From a bacterium (lineage in GTDB: Bacteria > Zhuqueibacterota > Zhuqueibacteria > Zhuqueibacterales > Zhuqueibacteraceae), in NCBI GenBank assembly GCA_050732395.1, contig JBOHQX010000300.1:6312-70311 (forward strand): 64,000 nucleotides of DNA, in the 5' to 3' direction. Numbering within the stretch: the stretch's first letter is position 1; the number at the start of each line of letters is the position of its first letter. The notes beneath the pieces were generated by a model. It did no database searches and was not told where the DNA came from. It saw only the letters and a list, made by a program, of their open reading frames with translations. The translations under genes and the position numbers were made by a program. Positions 51,121-60,348 of this stretch are shown piece after piece.

Positions 51121-54100
51121 CACCCCCCGTGCCGCCAAATATTCATAAAACCTCCATCGCATATTCACGTCCTCCTGCGCCGCCTTGAGCAGTTGCTTGG
51201 CCTCCTCCGGCTTGCTCTTGGTGAGCATTTCGAAGCGATTCTCCATGTACAAATATTTTTCCACCGGCATTTTCGGAGGCTGGGAATCGAGCTGCAGCGG
51301 ATTTTCGCCCTTATTCGCCCGATCGGGGTGATAGCGATATAGCAGCCATTGTCCGGTATCGACCGCAGCTTTTTGATTTTGCATAGCGGTCGCCATGTTG
51401 ATGCCATGCGCGATGCAATGACTATACGCGATAATCAGCGACGGCCCTTCATATGCTTCGGCCTCGAGAAAGGCCTTGAGCGTATGCTCATCCTTCGCGC
51501 CCATGGCCACGCGGGCAACGTAGACGTTGCCGTAAGTCATGGCAATCAAGCCGAGGTCCTTTTTCGGTGCGGACTTGCCACCGGCGGCGAATTTCGCCAC
51601 CGCGCCGCGCGGCGTGGCTTTGGACATTTGCCCGCCGGTGTTGGAATACACTTCGGTGTCGAGTACAAGCACGTTCACATTACGCCCACTTGCGAGCACG
51701 TGATCCAGGCCGCCGAATCCGATGTCATAGGCCCAGCCATCTCCGCCGATGATCCATACGCTCTTTTTGACCAGCATATCTGCGAGCGGCAGCAATCTTT
51801 GTGCGGCGGGGGTATTGAATCTTTCCAGCTTTCTTTTGAGCAGTTCGACTCGCATGCGCTGTTCATAAATATCGGCTTCATCCTTTTGTTCTGCAGCAAG
51901 GATCGCATTGACCAGATCATCACCCATCGCGCCGGATAATTCTTGCAGGTCCTGCGCCGCCATTTCTTTTTGTTTGTCGAGGGCGAGGCGAAATCCCAAA
52001 CCAAATTCCGCATTATCTTCAAAGAGGGAGTTTGACCAGGCCGGCCCGCGGCCGTGGGCATTCGTAGTCCAGGGCGTGGTCGGCAGGTTGCCGCCGTAAA
52101 TCGAGGAGCAGCCGGTGGCATTCGCAATCATCGCTCGTTCGCCGAACAATTGGGTGAGCAGCTTGATATAGGGCGTTTCACCGCAACCCGCGCACGCGCC
52201 GGAAAATTCAAACAATGGTTCTTGCACTTGCTGCTGGCGAATACTCGTGTTTTTGATCCGGCGGCGGTCCATCTCGGGGATGGCCAAAAAGAAATCCCAG
52301 TTCTCGCGTTCCGCTGCGCGCAACGGCGGCTGCGGCCGCATATTGATGGCCTTGATGCGCGTCTCAGACTTTTTCCGGGCAGGGCAGACATCCACACAGA
52401 GTGCGCAGCCGGTGCAGTCTTCGGGCGCGACCTGGATCGTGTATTTCAATCCTTGCCATTCGCGGTCGCGAGCGTCACACTCTTTAAAGGTGTCCGGCGC
52501 GCCGGCAAGATGTTTTTCGTCGTAAGCCTTGATGCGAATCACGGCGTGCGGACAAACCATCGCGCATTTGCCGCATTGAATGCAAATATCCGGCTCCCAT
52601 ACCGGAATCTCCAAGGCCAAATTGCGTTTCTCCCATTTGGCCGTGCCCGTGGGAAACGTGCCGTCGACCGGCAGGGCGCTCACCGGCAGCTCGTCACCCT
52701 TGCCCGCGATGATTTTGCCCAGCACTTCACGCACGAAGGGCGCGGCCTGCGCGGTGGGTGGAGGCGGCAAAACCAGATAACCATTCGAATGATCCGGAGT
52801 TTTCACTTCGAACAAGTGCGCGAGCGTGCGATCGACCGCAGCGAGATTGATGCGAACGATCTCCTCGCCTTTTTTGCCGTAAGTTTCTTTCAATGAGCGC
52901 TTGATCGCCGCAATCGCTTCATCCTTCGGCAGCACGCCAGACAGCGCAAAAAAGCAAACTTGCATGACGGTGTTGATACGTCCGCCCATGCCGCTTTCCC
53001 GTGCGACTTTGTTGGCGTCGATCACATAGAACTTCAGTTTTCTCTGCAGAATTTGTTTTTGCACCTCCGCCGGCAGATGCTGCCAAATCTCCTGCGGTCC
53101 ATGGGCGCTATTCAGCAAAAACTTGCCCCCGGCAACGATGCCATCCAGCATCTCGTACCGTTCGAGAAAGATCTGTTGATGGCAGGCAACGAAATTGGGC
53201 CGTGTCACCAGGTAAGTCGAATGAATCGGTTCCGGACCAAAACGCAGATGCGAGACCGTGATCGCGCCCGCTTTTTTTGAATCATAAACGAAATAGCCTT
53301 GCGCATAATTGCCGGTGTTCTCGCCAATGATTTTGATGGAGTTTTTGTTCGCACCGACGGTGCCATCGGAACCGAGACCGTAAAACAATGCACGGATCAC
53401 GCTATCCGCCTCCGTGGAAAAGGCCGAATCATAAGGCAGGCTGGTGTGCGTCACGTCATCCTCAATGCCAATGGTGAAATGATTCTTGAGGGTGCTGCCG
53501 GATAAATGATCGAAGATTGCTTTCACCATCGCCGGCGTGAATTCCTTCGAGGATAGGCCATAGCGCCCGCCAATGATTTTCGGAGATTTTTCTATCCAGC
53601 CGTTGCTTGTGCCTTCATGAATGGCATTGACGCAATCAAGATAAAGCGGCTCGCCGGCACTGCCCGGTTCCTTTGTGCGATCGAGCACGGCGATAGCTTT
53701 TGTAGTTGCCGGCAGAGCTTCAAGAAAACGCCTCACGTCAAACGGGCGATACAACCGCACCTTGAGTATGCCAGTTTTTTCACCGCGTTTATTGAGATAA
53801 TCGATGGTCTCCTGGACCGTTTCGCAACCAGAACCCATCAATACCAGCACGCGCATGGCCTCCGGATCGCCATAATATTCGAATAAACGATATTGCCGCC
53901 CTGCGACTCGTGCAAATTTGTCCATGACCTGTTGTACGATGTCGGGGCAGGCGAGATAGTGAGGATTGACCGTTTCGCGCGCCTGGAAATACACGTCCGG
54001 GTTCTGTGCCGTGCCGCGCAGTACCGGATGATCCGGCGAAAGCGCGCGGCTGCGATGAGCCCTCACCCGCTCCTCCTCGATCATGGCACGCATGTGATCA

Positions 54101-54669
54101 TCGGACAACATTTCAATTTTTGACACTTCGTGTGATGTGCGGAAACCGTCGAAGAAATGCAGAAATGGAATGCGCGTCTCCAGCGTGGCGGCATGTGCGA
54201 TCAAGGCAAAATCCATGGCCTCTTGCACCGAAGCGGAGGAGAGCAGGGCAAAGCCTGTTGCGCGCGTGGCCATGACGTCGCTATGATCGCCGAATATCGA
54301 AAGTCCTTGCGCAGCCAATGCGCGCGCCGCGACATGAAATACGGTTGCAGTGAGCTCCCCGGCGATTTTGTACATGTTGGGAATCATCAACAGGAACCCC
54401 TGCGAGGAGGTGAAGGTTGTGGTCAATGCTCCGGCTTGCAAAGCGCCGTGCACCGCGCCCGCGGCGCCAGCCTCACTTTGCATTTCCACCACGGTTGGCA
54501 CAATGCCCCACAAATTCGGATTTCGTTCCGCCGCCCAGGCATCAGCCCACTCGCCCATGGGAGAGGAGGGCGTGATGGGATAAATGGCAATCACTTCGTT
54601 CAAACGGAACGCCACGTGCGCTACGGCTTCGTTGCCGTCGAGGGTTACAAAGTTTTTTGTCTTCATCAT
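51079..54669 (-). CDS. nifJ: pyruvate:ferredoxin (flavodoxin) oxidoreductase, single-polypeptide type
   Basis: GGGAG lies upstream of the ATG at 54669. N-terminus MMKTKNFVTLDGNEAVAHVAFRLNEVIAIYPITPSSPMGEW. Two 4Fe-4S motifs are present (CIQCGKCAMVCP and CTGCALCVDVCP), plus the TPP motif GGDGWAYDIGFGGLDH. The ~1196-aa length fits the family. Confidence 0.92.
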   Translation of the reverse strand: MMKTKNFVTLDGNEAVAHVAFRLNEVIAIYPITPSSPMGEWADAWAAERNPNLWGIVPTVVEMQSEAGAAGAVHGALQAGALTTTFTSSQGFLLMIPNMYKIAGELTATVFHVAARALAAQGLSIFGDHSDVMATRATGFALLSSASVQEAMDFALIAHAATLETRIPFLHFFDGFRTSHEVSKIEMLSDDHMRAMIEEERVRAHRSRALSPDHPVLRGTAQNPDVYFQARETVNPHYLACPDIVQQVMDKFARVAGRQYRLFEYYGDPEAMRVLVLMGSGCETVQETIDYLNKRGEKTGILKVRLYRPFDVRRFLEALPATTKAIAVLDRTKEPGSAGEPLYLDCVNAIHEGTSNGWIEKSPKIIGGRYGLSSKEFTPAMVKAIFDHLSGSTLKNHFTIGIEDDVTHTSLPYDSAFSTEADSVIRALFYGLGSDGTVGANKNSIKIIGENTGNYAQGYFVYDSKKAGAITVSHLRFGPEPIHSTYLVTRPNFVACHQQIFLERYEMLDGIVAGGKFLLNSAHGPQEIWQHLPAEVQKQILQRKLKFYVIDANKVARESGMGGRINTVMQVCFFALSGVLPKDEAIAAIKRSLKETYGKKGEEIVRINLAAVDRTLAHLFEVKTPDHSNGYLVLPPPPTAQAAPFVREVLGKIIAGKGDELPVSALPVDGTFPTGTAKWEKRNLALEIPVWEPDICIQCGKCAMVCPHAVIRIKAYDEKHLAGAPDTFKECDARDREWQGLKYTIQVAPEDCTGCALCVDVCPARKKSETRIKAINMRPQPPLRAAERENWDFFLAIPEMDRRRIKNTSIRQQQVQEPLFEFSGACAGCGETPYIKLLTQLFGERAMIANATGCSSIYGGNLPTTPWTTNAHGRGPAWSNSLFEDNAEFGLGFRLALDKQKEMAAQDLQELSGAMGDDLVNAILAAEQKDEADIYEQRMRVELLKRKLERFNTPAAQRLLPLADMLVKKSVWIIGGDGWAYDIGFGGLDHVLASGRNVNVLVLDTEVYSNTGGQMSKATPRGAVAKFAAGGKSAPKKDLGLIAMTYGNVYVARVAMGAKDEHTLKAFLEAEAYEGPSLIIAYSHCIAHGINMATAMQNQKAAVDTGQWLLYRYHPDRANKGENPLQLDSQPPKMPVEKYLYMENRFEMLTKSKPEEAKQLLKAAQEDVNMRWRFYEYLAARGVGVEDRRWRMVDRG

Positions 54670-55032
54670 GAGACTCCCAACATCTGCATGGCCATGTTCA
54701 AGCGTGAAAATGAGCGCCATCGAATCGCGCACCAATGCCGGCATGGCCGGTGAGATTAGTTTAAGAGCACAACCTGCGTGCAACCGACTTCGCTGCAAAT
54801 GCTAAAGCTTTACACTTCAAACAATATGCCTTTATCCTCCGAAAAAAAAGAAAGCCGTTCGTACGTACACAAACGGCCATAAAACAGCTGATTATCGTGC
54901 ACTTGCTGTTTAAGGAATTATTGCATCATCTCGCATTTTTCTTAGTCTTAATAAAACGAATGGCTGCAGTTCTTATCTTTGAGAAGACTTGCACAAATGA
55001 TCGCCAAACCAACAGGTCCAGATCTCTTCGAG

Positions 55033-56007
55033 TTATTGTCTCTGCGCCGGGTTATTCGGCCGACCATGTGTGTCATTTTCCAAAAACTTCTCGTGGATCT
55101 CGTCATGGCTTTCTATCGGCTCCAAGTGGGTGGTGATTTCTATGGTCATGGGAAAAGCATGGTGAATTTCCTGCTCAATGAGGGTAGCCAGCTCATGCGC
55201 TTGCACAATCGAGGTCGCTTCCGGAAAGAGCATGTGGCATTCAACCAGCAGTTTATTACCGGAATTGCGATGGCGCAGGCTGTGAAATTGCAAGCGGTAT
55301 TTCCGCGTTTCGCGTTGCAAAATCTCACGAAGTTTGGCATCGATCTCCGGATCCATCTCATCCATCAAGCCGCCAATCGCGCGCCGGATCAACTTCGAGC
55401 CCGTCCAAAGAATATTGAGTGCGACGAGTATGGCGATGAGTGGATCGAAGGGCAGCCAACCGGTCCAAAGCGTCAACAGCAGCGCTAAGATCACGCCCAA
55501 GCTCGTCCAGCTATCCGTGAGCACATGTTTGCCGTTCGCCTCAAGCACGAGGGAATAGTGCTTGCGGCCTTGCCGAACGAGATACCAGCCCAATGCACCA
55601 TTGATGAGTGTGGCGAACGCAATAAAGCCTGCGCCGGCGGCGATATTTTGCAATTGCAATCCCGCGAGCCATTTTTGCACGGCTTCATGAATGATGAACA
55701 CGGCGGCAACAACAATCATGGCGCCCTCGAAACCCGCAGAGAAAAAACTGATGCGGTCGTGGCCGTAGAGATGCGACCCGTCCGCCGGCTTCATACTGAG
55801 CCACAGGCTATAAGCCGCGAAACCAACGGCGAAGAGGTGAACGACGGACTCCGCGGCATCAGCCATGATGGCTGCCGAATGCGTCATCACATAAGCGATT
55901 ACTTTGGTGAAGAACATCAAAACGCCGGCTGCCAGCGAAAGGCTCATCGCAAATTTCGATTGCCGTATCGGATCGTTCGTTCTATTCACGCGGGCAAGTG
56001 CTTTCAT
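55033..56007 (-). CDS. cation diffusion facilitator (CDF) family metal efflux transporter
   Basis: Six TM segments with SAAIMADAAESVVH (TM2 metal site) and HVLTDSWTS (TM5 HxxxD), plus a C-terminal cytoplasmic domain (LQFHSLRHRNSGNKLLVECHMLF). Confidence 0.85.
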   Translation of the reverse strand: MKALARVNRTNDPIRQSKFAMSLSLAAGVLMFFTKVIAYVMTHSAAIMADAAESVVHLFAVGFAAYSLWLSMKPADGSHLYGHDRISFFSAGFEGAMIVVAAVFIIHEAVQKWLAGLQLQNIAAGAGFIAFATLINGALGWYLVRQGRKHYSLVLEANGKHVLTDSWTSLGVILALLLTLWTGWLPFDPLIAILVALNILWTGSKLIRRAIGGLMDEMDPEIDAKLREILQRETRKYRLQFHSLRHRNSGNKLLVECHMLFPEATSIVQAHELATLIEQEIHHAFPMTIEITTHLEPIESHDEIHEKFLENDTHGRPNNPAQRQ

Positions 56008-56094
56008 AGTTTTATAAGAAGGAAAGCAGATCATCGTTGCGTGTCAAAAAGGTTATACGGAAGATTCTCACTACGAGCCGCACCCAAACAGGCT

Positions 56095-57507
56095 CTAAAC
56101 CGTCTTCATCAAATTGACGGTCAAGCACAAAACCGCCGTCATCGCGACCATACCAGAGATCGCAAAGAGGGTTTGGGATACTACAATGATTGCAGGAAAT
56201 GCCTCAAACACGACCACCGGCAAAAGTAATGGCATGATGCGAAAAATAGCCGCGGCATTGCCCAACCAAAACGTAGCCTCCACCAGCTTCGCGCTCCAAA
56301 TTCTTTTCTTCTGCATGAATCCCGGAATCATGCGCACCGACATGCCAAAGATGAGGAGACAGATGAATCCTAAAAGATAAACGTGGCGGCCGGCGTCGCT
56401 GCTGTGTGTGAGTGTAAAACCGAAAATCGTACTGGCGCCGGAAAGCATTTCCAAGGTGGCGCCGAGCGCGAGCCAGCAATAAGAAGCATAAACCAAGCGC
56501 TCGAATCGCCCAAACTCGCCATAGTCCGGCAGGCCTGGCCGCGTTCGTAGCCGCTCCGGCCCAGGATGAAATACGCGATTGACCGTCCAAGGCTGGCGCC
56601 GGCGCGTGAGCAAATCCAGCTTCCATATGAAAATTAGAATCACGCTACCTTTGAAGATCATCCCAATGCTCGAGAGCAACAGCGGCCATTTGGAAGGAAT
56701 ACTTGCGATCGGCGGCAGATTCGGCAAGACTTGCAAGCAGAACATACAACCATAGACATATGCCAGCCTTCGCACCGGCCACTCCGGCGCGCGCAGCCGG
56801 AGATAAAGCGGAAACATGCGCACGGAAAAGGCAAATGCCACTGGCATGAGCACCAAACCCATGAAGGCCTGAATCGCAAATTCATTCCACGCCTGCATCA
56901 CCACCAAGGATTCGCTCACCGCCATTTGCACAAGCAAAGCGAGATTGATGGCGGCGTATAGATTCCAACCTACCAGCATCATCAGAAAGAATGGCGCTAC
57001 TTGAGATAAAGCGGGGCGCTTGCTGAGGTCTTCGCTGCGGCGAAAAGCGCTGAGGAGCAGGCCCGCATACAAGAGGATGCCGATCCATTCCAACAAGCCC
57101 GAGGCCACGACCATCCATGCCACCGGGACGAAAAACGCACCATTGACAACATAAGGCATCACGCATTGGCCGAAGCTTCTTAAAATGAGGCCGGAGGCGA
57201 TTAGCCACAAAATCCATACAATCCACTCGGGATGAGTAATGGGAACGCCGGCAAGGCGCGGAATGAAATGCAGGCTGATGCTGATGATGAACAATCCCAC
57301 CCACGCCACGAGCTGCACGTGGCCATGAACTTGGACGAGACTGTAGAACGCCGGCCCCAATGGAAAATCGAATCCGATGACGGCAGCGACGTGCGCGCCG
57401 ATTGCAAAGCCGATAAAGAGCGCTGCTGCTAAAGCGACCCAGATGTAGTCGAGCTGAAATTCAGCTTGCTTTATTTGGGTTGGAGATTGAGTTTGAATGG
57501 CGTCCAT
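56095..57507 (-). CDS. polytopic (about 12 TM) membrane protein, possibly NnrS-like
   Basis: Hydrophobic throughout. The His-rich segment VQVHGHVQLVAWVGLFIISISLHFIPRLAG loosely resembles the NnrS H-x-H...G...P...G pattern. The family assignment is unverified. Confidence 0.4.
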   Translation of the reverse strand: MDAIQTQSPTQIKQAEFQLDYIWVALAAALFIGFAIGAHVAAVIGFDFPLGPAFYSLVQVHGHVQLVAWVGLFIISISLHFIPRLAGVPITHPEWIVWILWLIASGLILRSFGQCVMPYVVNGAFFVPVAWMVVASGLLEWIGILLYAGLLLSAFRRSEDLSKRPALSQVAPFFLMMLVGWNLYAAINLALLVQMAVSESLVVMQAWNEFAIQAFMGLVLMPVAFAFSVRMFPLYLRLRAPEWPVRRLAYVYGCMFCLQVLPNLPPIASIPSKWPLLLSSIGMIFKGSVILIFIWKLDLLTRRRQPWTVNRVFHPGPERLRTRPGLPDYGEFGRFERLVYASYCWLALGATLEMLSGASTIFGFTLTHSSDAGRHVYLLGFICLLIFGMSVRMIPGFMQKKRIWSAKLVEATFWLGNAAAIFRIMPLLLPVVVFEAFPAIIVVSQTLFAISGMVAMTAVLCLTVNLMKTV

Positions 57508-57604
57508 GCGCAATGATATCTGAATCAACACCCTTCAACTACCGTGGGCAATTTTATTTCCCCCTGAAAGAATAAAAAAGAGAAGTGAAATATGCCATCT
57601 CAAA

Positions 57605-58072
57605 TCATCGCGCTTTGAAGACCGGCTCCACGAGAACCTTGGTGCGTATCGAATTCGCAATCAAACAAGCATGATGGGCATCGTGCAACGCTTTCTCCGC
57701 CGGTGCTAACGATTCGTGCCCGGCAACGACGATAGCGGGGCGCAACACCACTCTGGTGAAGCGATAGCCTCCGTCACTGAATTCCAGCACGCCCTCGGCA
57801 TGGCTGTGATAAGAAACAACGGACAAATTGAGCTTTTGTGCAAAAGCAATGAAAGTCGTCATCGTGCAAGCTTCAACGGCAGCGACGAACAAATCTTCTG
57901 GCGTCCACACTCCGGCTTCACCTTTGAATTCCGGTGGGCTGGAAACGCGCAACTCGGGCTTGCCCTCCGCGCGCAACCAGCCTGCGCGATTGTCGGTCCA
58001 CCGCAGCGCAGTGCGATACACAAATGATTTGTGCCTCGCTTTGGACGGTGCGGTCGTTTCCTGTTTTATCAT
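57605..58072 (-). CDS. OsmC/Ohr family peroxiredoxin-like protein
   Basis: GAGGAAA lies upstream of the ATG at 58072. PPEFKGEAGVWTPEDLFVAAVEACTMTTF...HHACLIANSIRTKV, with the two conserved Cys regions of OsmC-type proteins. Confidence 0.8.
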   Translation of the reverse strand: MIKQETTAPSKARHKSFVYRTALRWTDNRAGWLRAEGKPELRVSSPPEFKGEAGVWTPEDLFVAAVEACTMTTFIAFAQKLNLSVVSYHSHAEGVLEFSDGGYRFTRVVLRPAIVVAGHESLAPAEKALHDAHHACLIANSIRTKVLVEPVFKAR

Positions 58073-58128
58073 TGAATTTCCTCGGGCAGTGGGTTGTTTT
58101 ATAAAAGGCAAATTCCATAACGGCCTTA

Positions 58129-58629
58129 TCACAACAATGCCGCCTTTTGCAAAACCTTGAGATCAACCTCGCGAATCTCTGCCAGGCTGAAACGGTTGAC
58201 TTTCGCCATTTGCAGCTCGTCCATGACATCGACCATTTGATGATATTTGCTCTTGCGGTCAACCTTGATCAGCGTCACGAGTTTGGGGTTATTCTCGTTG
58301 TGCATGATCAAAAACCTGCGCAACTGCTTGAATTCGAGGCGTTGCGGCGTTTCAATGCCGAAATTCCAAAAGATGCGGCCGTCCGATATCACGCGCAGGG
58401 TGAGCAGATTGGATTCGGCCACCTCTACCTCCGTTTCCTGCGGCGGCAGATTGATCTCCATGGTTTGCGGCCGGAGGAACACGCTGGTCAACATGAAAAA
58501 CGTCAACAGCAGGAAAGCGATATCTACCATCGGCGTCATGTCGATGCGAATGCCGAGACGCCGCGTTTTATGGGTTTTCCTGCCCTTGCGGTTCTCCGGG
58601 CGCGGAGCGCCACTACCAACGTCTGCCAT
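58129..58629 (-). CDS. exbD: ExbD/TolR family biopolymer transport protein (second copy)
   Basis: IRIDMTPMVDIAFLLLTFFML followed by a periplasmic domain ...LIKVDRKSKYHQMVDVMDEL. Lies in an operon with ExbB and TonB. Confidence 0.85.
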   Translation of the reverse strand: MADVGSGAPRPENRKGRKTHKTRRLGIRIDMTPMVDIAFLLLTFFMLTSVFLRPQTMEINLPPQETEVEVAESNLLTLRVISDGRIFWNFGIETPQRLEFKQLRRFLIMHNENNPKLVTLIKVDRKSKYHQMVDVMDELQMAKVNRFSLAEIREVDLKVLQKAALL

Positions 58630-59120
58630 GATTGATCACCTCGATACTCGCCTTGTTCCAGATTCGTTACCAGATTAAAACGTGACAGATTGACTTTTTG
58701 CAGAACATCCATGACGTCCAAAACCGGGCCGTATTCGGCATTGCGGTCACTCTTGATCACAGCACGCAGCTTGGGGTTGGCGACACGCGCTTCCAACAAC
58801 TTGCGCGACAACTCGCTCAATTGAATCGGAACATCGGCCTTGAGCATGTTCTCCTGACCAAAAAGCTTGGCGCGCAAAAATTGAGAATCCACACCCATGT
58901 ACAACGCGCCGTCTTTGGCAATGGTGATGGTCATCACGTCGGTTTCCGGCAGTTTGATCTGCGCATGCGAATCCGGCAAAACAACATCCACTTCTGCCGG
59001 CGGCCGGAATTGCGTTGTGAGCATGAAAAATGTCAACAAGAGGAAAGCGACGTCCACCATTGGCGTCATGTCGATGCGAATACCCATGCGGGCTGTCTTA
59101 ATTTTGGGCATAGGGGCCAC
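58536..59120 (-). CDS. exbD: ExbD/TolR family biopolymer transport protein (first copy; 3' end overlaps next gene by 94 nt)
   Basis: IRIDMTPMVDVAFLLLTFFMLTTQF...VIKSDRNAEYGPVLDVMDVL. The frame stays open about 45 codons beyond the usual family end, into the next exbD. Confidence 0.8.
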   Translation of the reverse strand: MAPMPKIKTARMGIRIDMTPMVDVAFLLLTFFMLTTQFRPPAEVDVVLPDSHAQIKLPETDVMTITIAKDGALYMGVDSQFLRAKLFGQENMLKADVPIQLSELSRKLLEARVANPKLRAVIKSDRNAEYGPVLDVMDVLQKVNLSRFNLVTNLEQGEYRGDQSWQTLVVALRARRTARAGKPIKRGVSAFAST

Positions 59121-59143
59121 CTGTCTCTCGGTTTGCTGTTTCG

Positions 59144-59249
59144 TTGATGCTCGATCCTTGATCTTCGATGCTCATTAATTATGGCTGGATGTACAGCAGT
59201 GAAGATGATCGTGCATCGAGCATCCAGTATCGAGAATCCAGCATCCAAC
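59144..59249. repeat. inverted pair of degenerate ~8-nt periodic arrays between exbB and exbD
   Basis: The left array is gttgatgctcgatccttgatcttcgatgctc (59144-73). The right array is gatcgtgcatcgagcatccagtatcgagaatccagcatccaac (59206-49). The reverse complement of the left array (gagcatcgaagatcaaggatcgagcatcaac) parallels the right array. Confidence 0.7.
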
Positions 59250-59251
59250 CC

Positions 59252-60043
59252 TCAAGCCGCTGCGACCTTCTCTTCGCTCTTACCCGTCAGGATCTCGACG
59301 ACCGTATAGCTGGCTTCGTCGATCATATAGGTGAAATTATCCACCTTGGTGACGAAATAGTTGTAAAACACGATACCAATAATTGCGGCGGCCAAGCCTC
59401 CGGCGGTGTTGATCAACGCTTCGGAAATGCCGATGGACAACTGTACGGCGTCCGGCGCGCCGGCATGCGCTAAAGCGCGAAACGCTCGAATCATGCCGAT
59501 GGTCGTGCCCAGCAATCCTACCATGGTCGCAATCGAAGCAATGGTGGAGAGCGCGACGAGATTCTTCTCCAATAACGGCACTTCAAGCATGGTGGCTTGA
59601 TCTATGGCGCGCTGTGTTTCGCTCGCGACTTTTTCCTGGTCGTTGTTGGTGCGTTGATGCACGATCTTGTAGCGCTCCAGTCCCGCGCGAATGATGTTCG
59701 CCAGCGAGCCGCGTTGTTCATTGCAGGCCGCGAGCGCGGTCTCTACTTTGCCGTCCATCAAGTCGCGTTGCACGTCGTGGAGAAAATTGGCCAGCGCGTT
59801 GCGGCCGCGCGCCTTCGTGAGCGACAACCACCGCTCAACGATGAAAGTGATGTCCATCATCAACAGCGCCAACAGCACGATCACCAACGGACCGCCTTTG
59901 TAAATGAATTCCAGGCCGTATCTGTCCTGGGGCGCGCCGAAGATCGCGAAGAAGATATAAGCCGCAATCGCGAACTCGATCAATACCACGATAGCCAAAA
60001 AAAATTCTCTGCGCATACTCTGTCTCCTTTCAAGTTGAATCAC
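59252..60043 (-). CDS. exbB: MotA/TolQ/ExbB proton-channel family protein
   Basis: Three TM segments with the signature IASIATMVGLLGTTIGMIRAF and AGGLAAAIIGIVFYNYF. Confidence 0.88.
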   Translation of the reverse strand: MIQLERRQSMRREFFLAIVVLIEFAIAAYIFFAIFGAPQDRYGLEFIYKGGPLVIVLLALLMMDITFIVERWLSLTKARGRNALANFLHDVQRDLMDGKVETALAACNEQRGSLANIIRAGLERYKIVHQRTNNDQEKVASETQRAIDQATMLEVPLLEKNLVALSTIASIATMVGLLGTTIGMIRAFRALAHAGAPDAVQLSIGISEALINTAGGLAAAIIGIVFYNYFVTKVDNFTYMIDEASYTVVEILTGKSEEKVAAA

Positions 60044-60306
60044 CTGTTACTATATAACAAGTGCAATCGTTGCTTTTTAAGCAAAACCCATTGCAAAACT
60101 TCTTTAGGCAATATGATTAAAGAATTATTTTGCCCGCAATCGTTTTGCTTTTATGGGTGCAAGCTTGTTTATGTTAGCTCATTCAGGAAAAATCTTTTTC
60201 AGCATTTCGAGTGCGCCAGATTTTAACAAGATTCTTACAGAATGACATGCAAAGAGCATAGGAGATTCCTCTCTGCGTGGGAATGACGTCCTGGTTTTAT
60301 GAAAAA

Positions 60307-60348
60307 ACTGAACACTGATCACTGAATACTGAACACTGACTACTGAAA
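60307..60348. repeat. heptamer array 6x (ACTGANN) overlapping the TPR gene stop codon
   Basis: actgaac actgatc actgaat actgaac actgact actgaaa. The stop codon (cta on the plus strand, 60340-42) lies inside the array. Confidence 0.85.

Noticed and set aside
51349-54805. Many 60-280-aa plus-strand ORFs
   Set aside because: All lie antisense within the 3.6-kb PFOR gene, which is continuous and carries its cofactor motifs.
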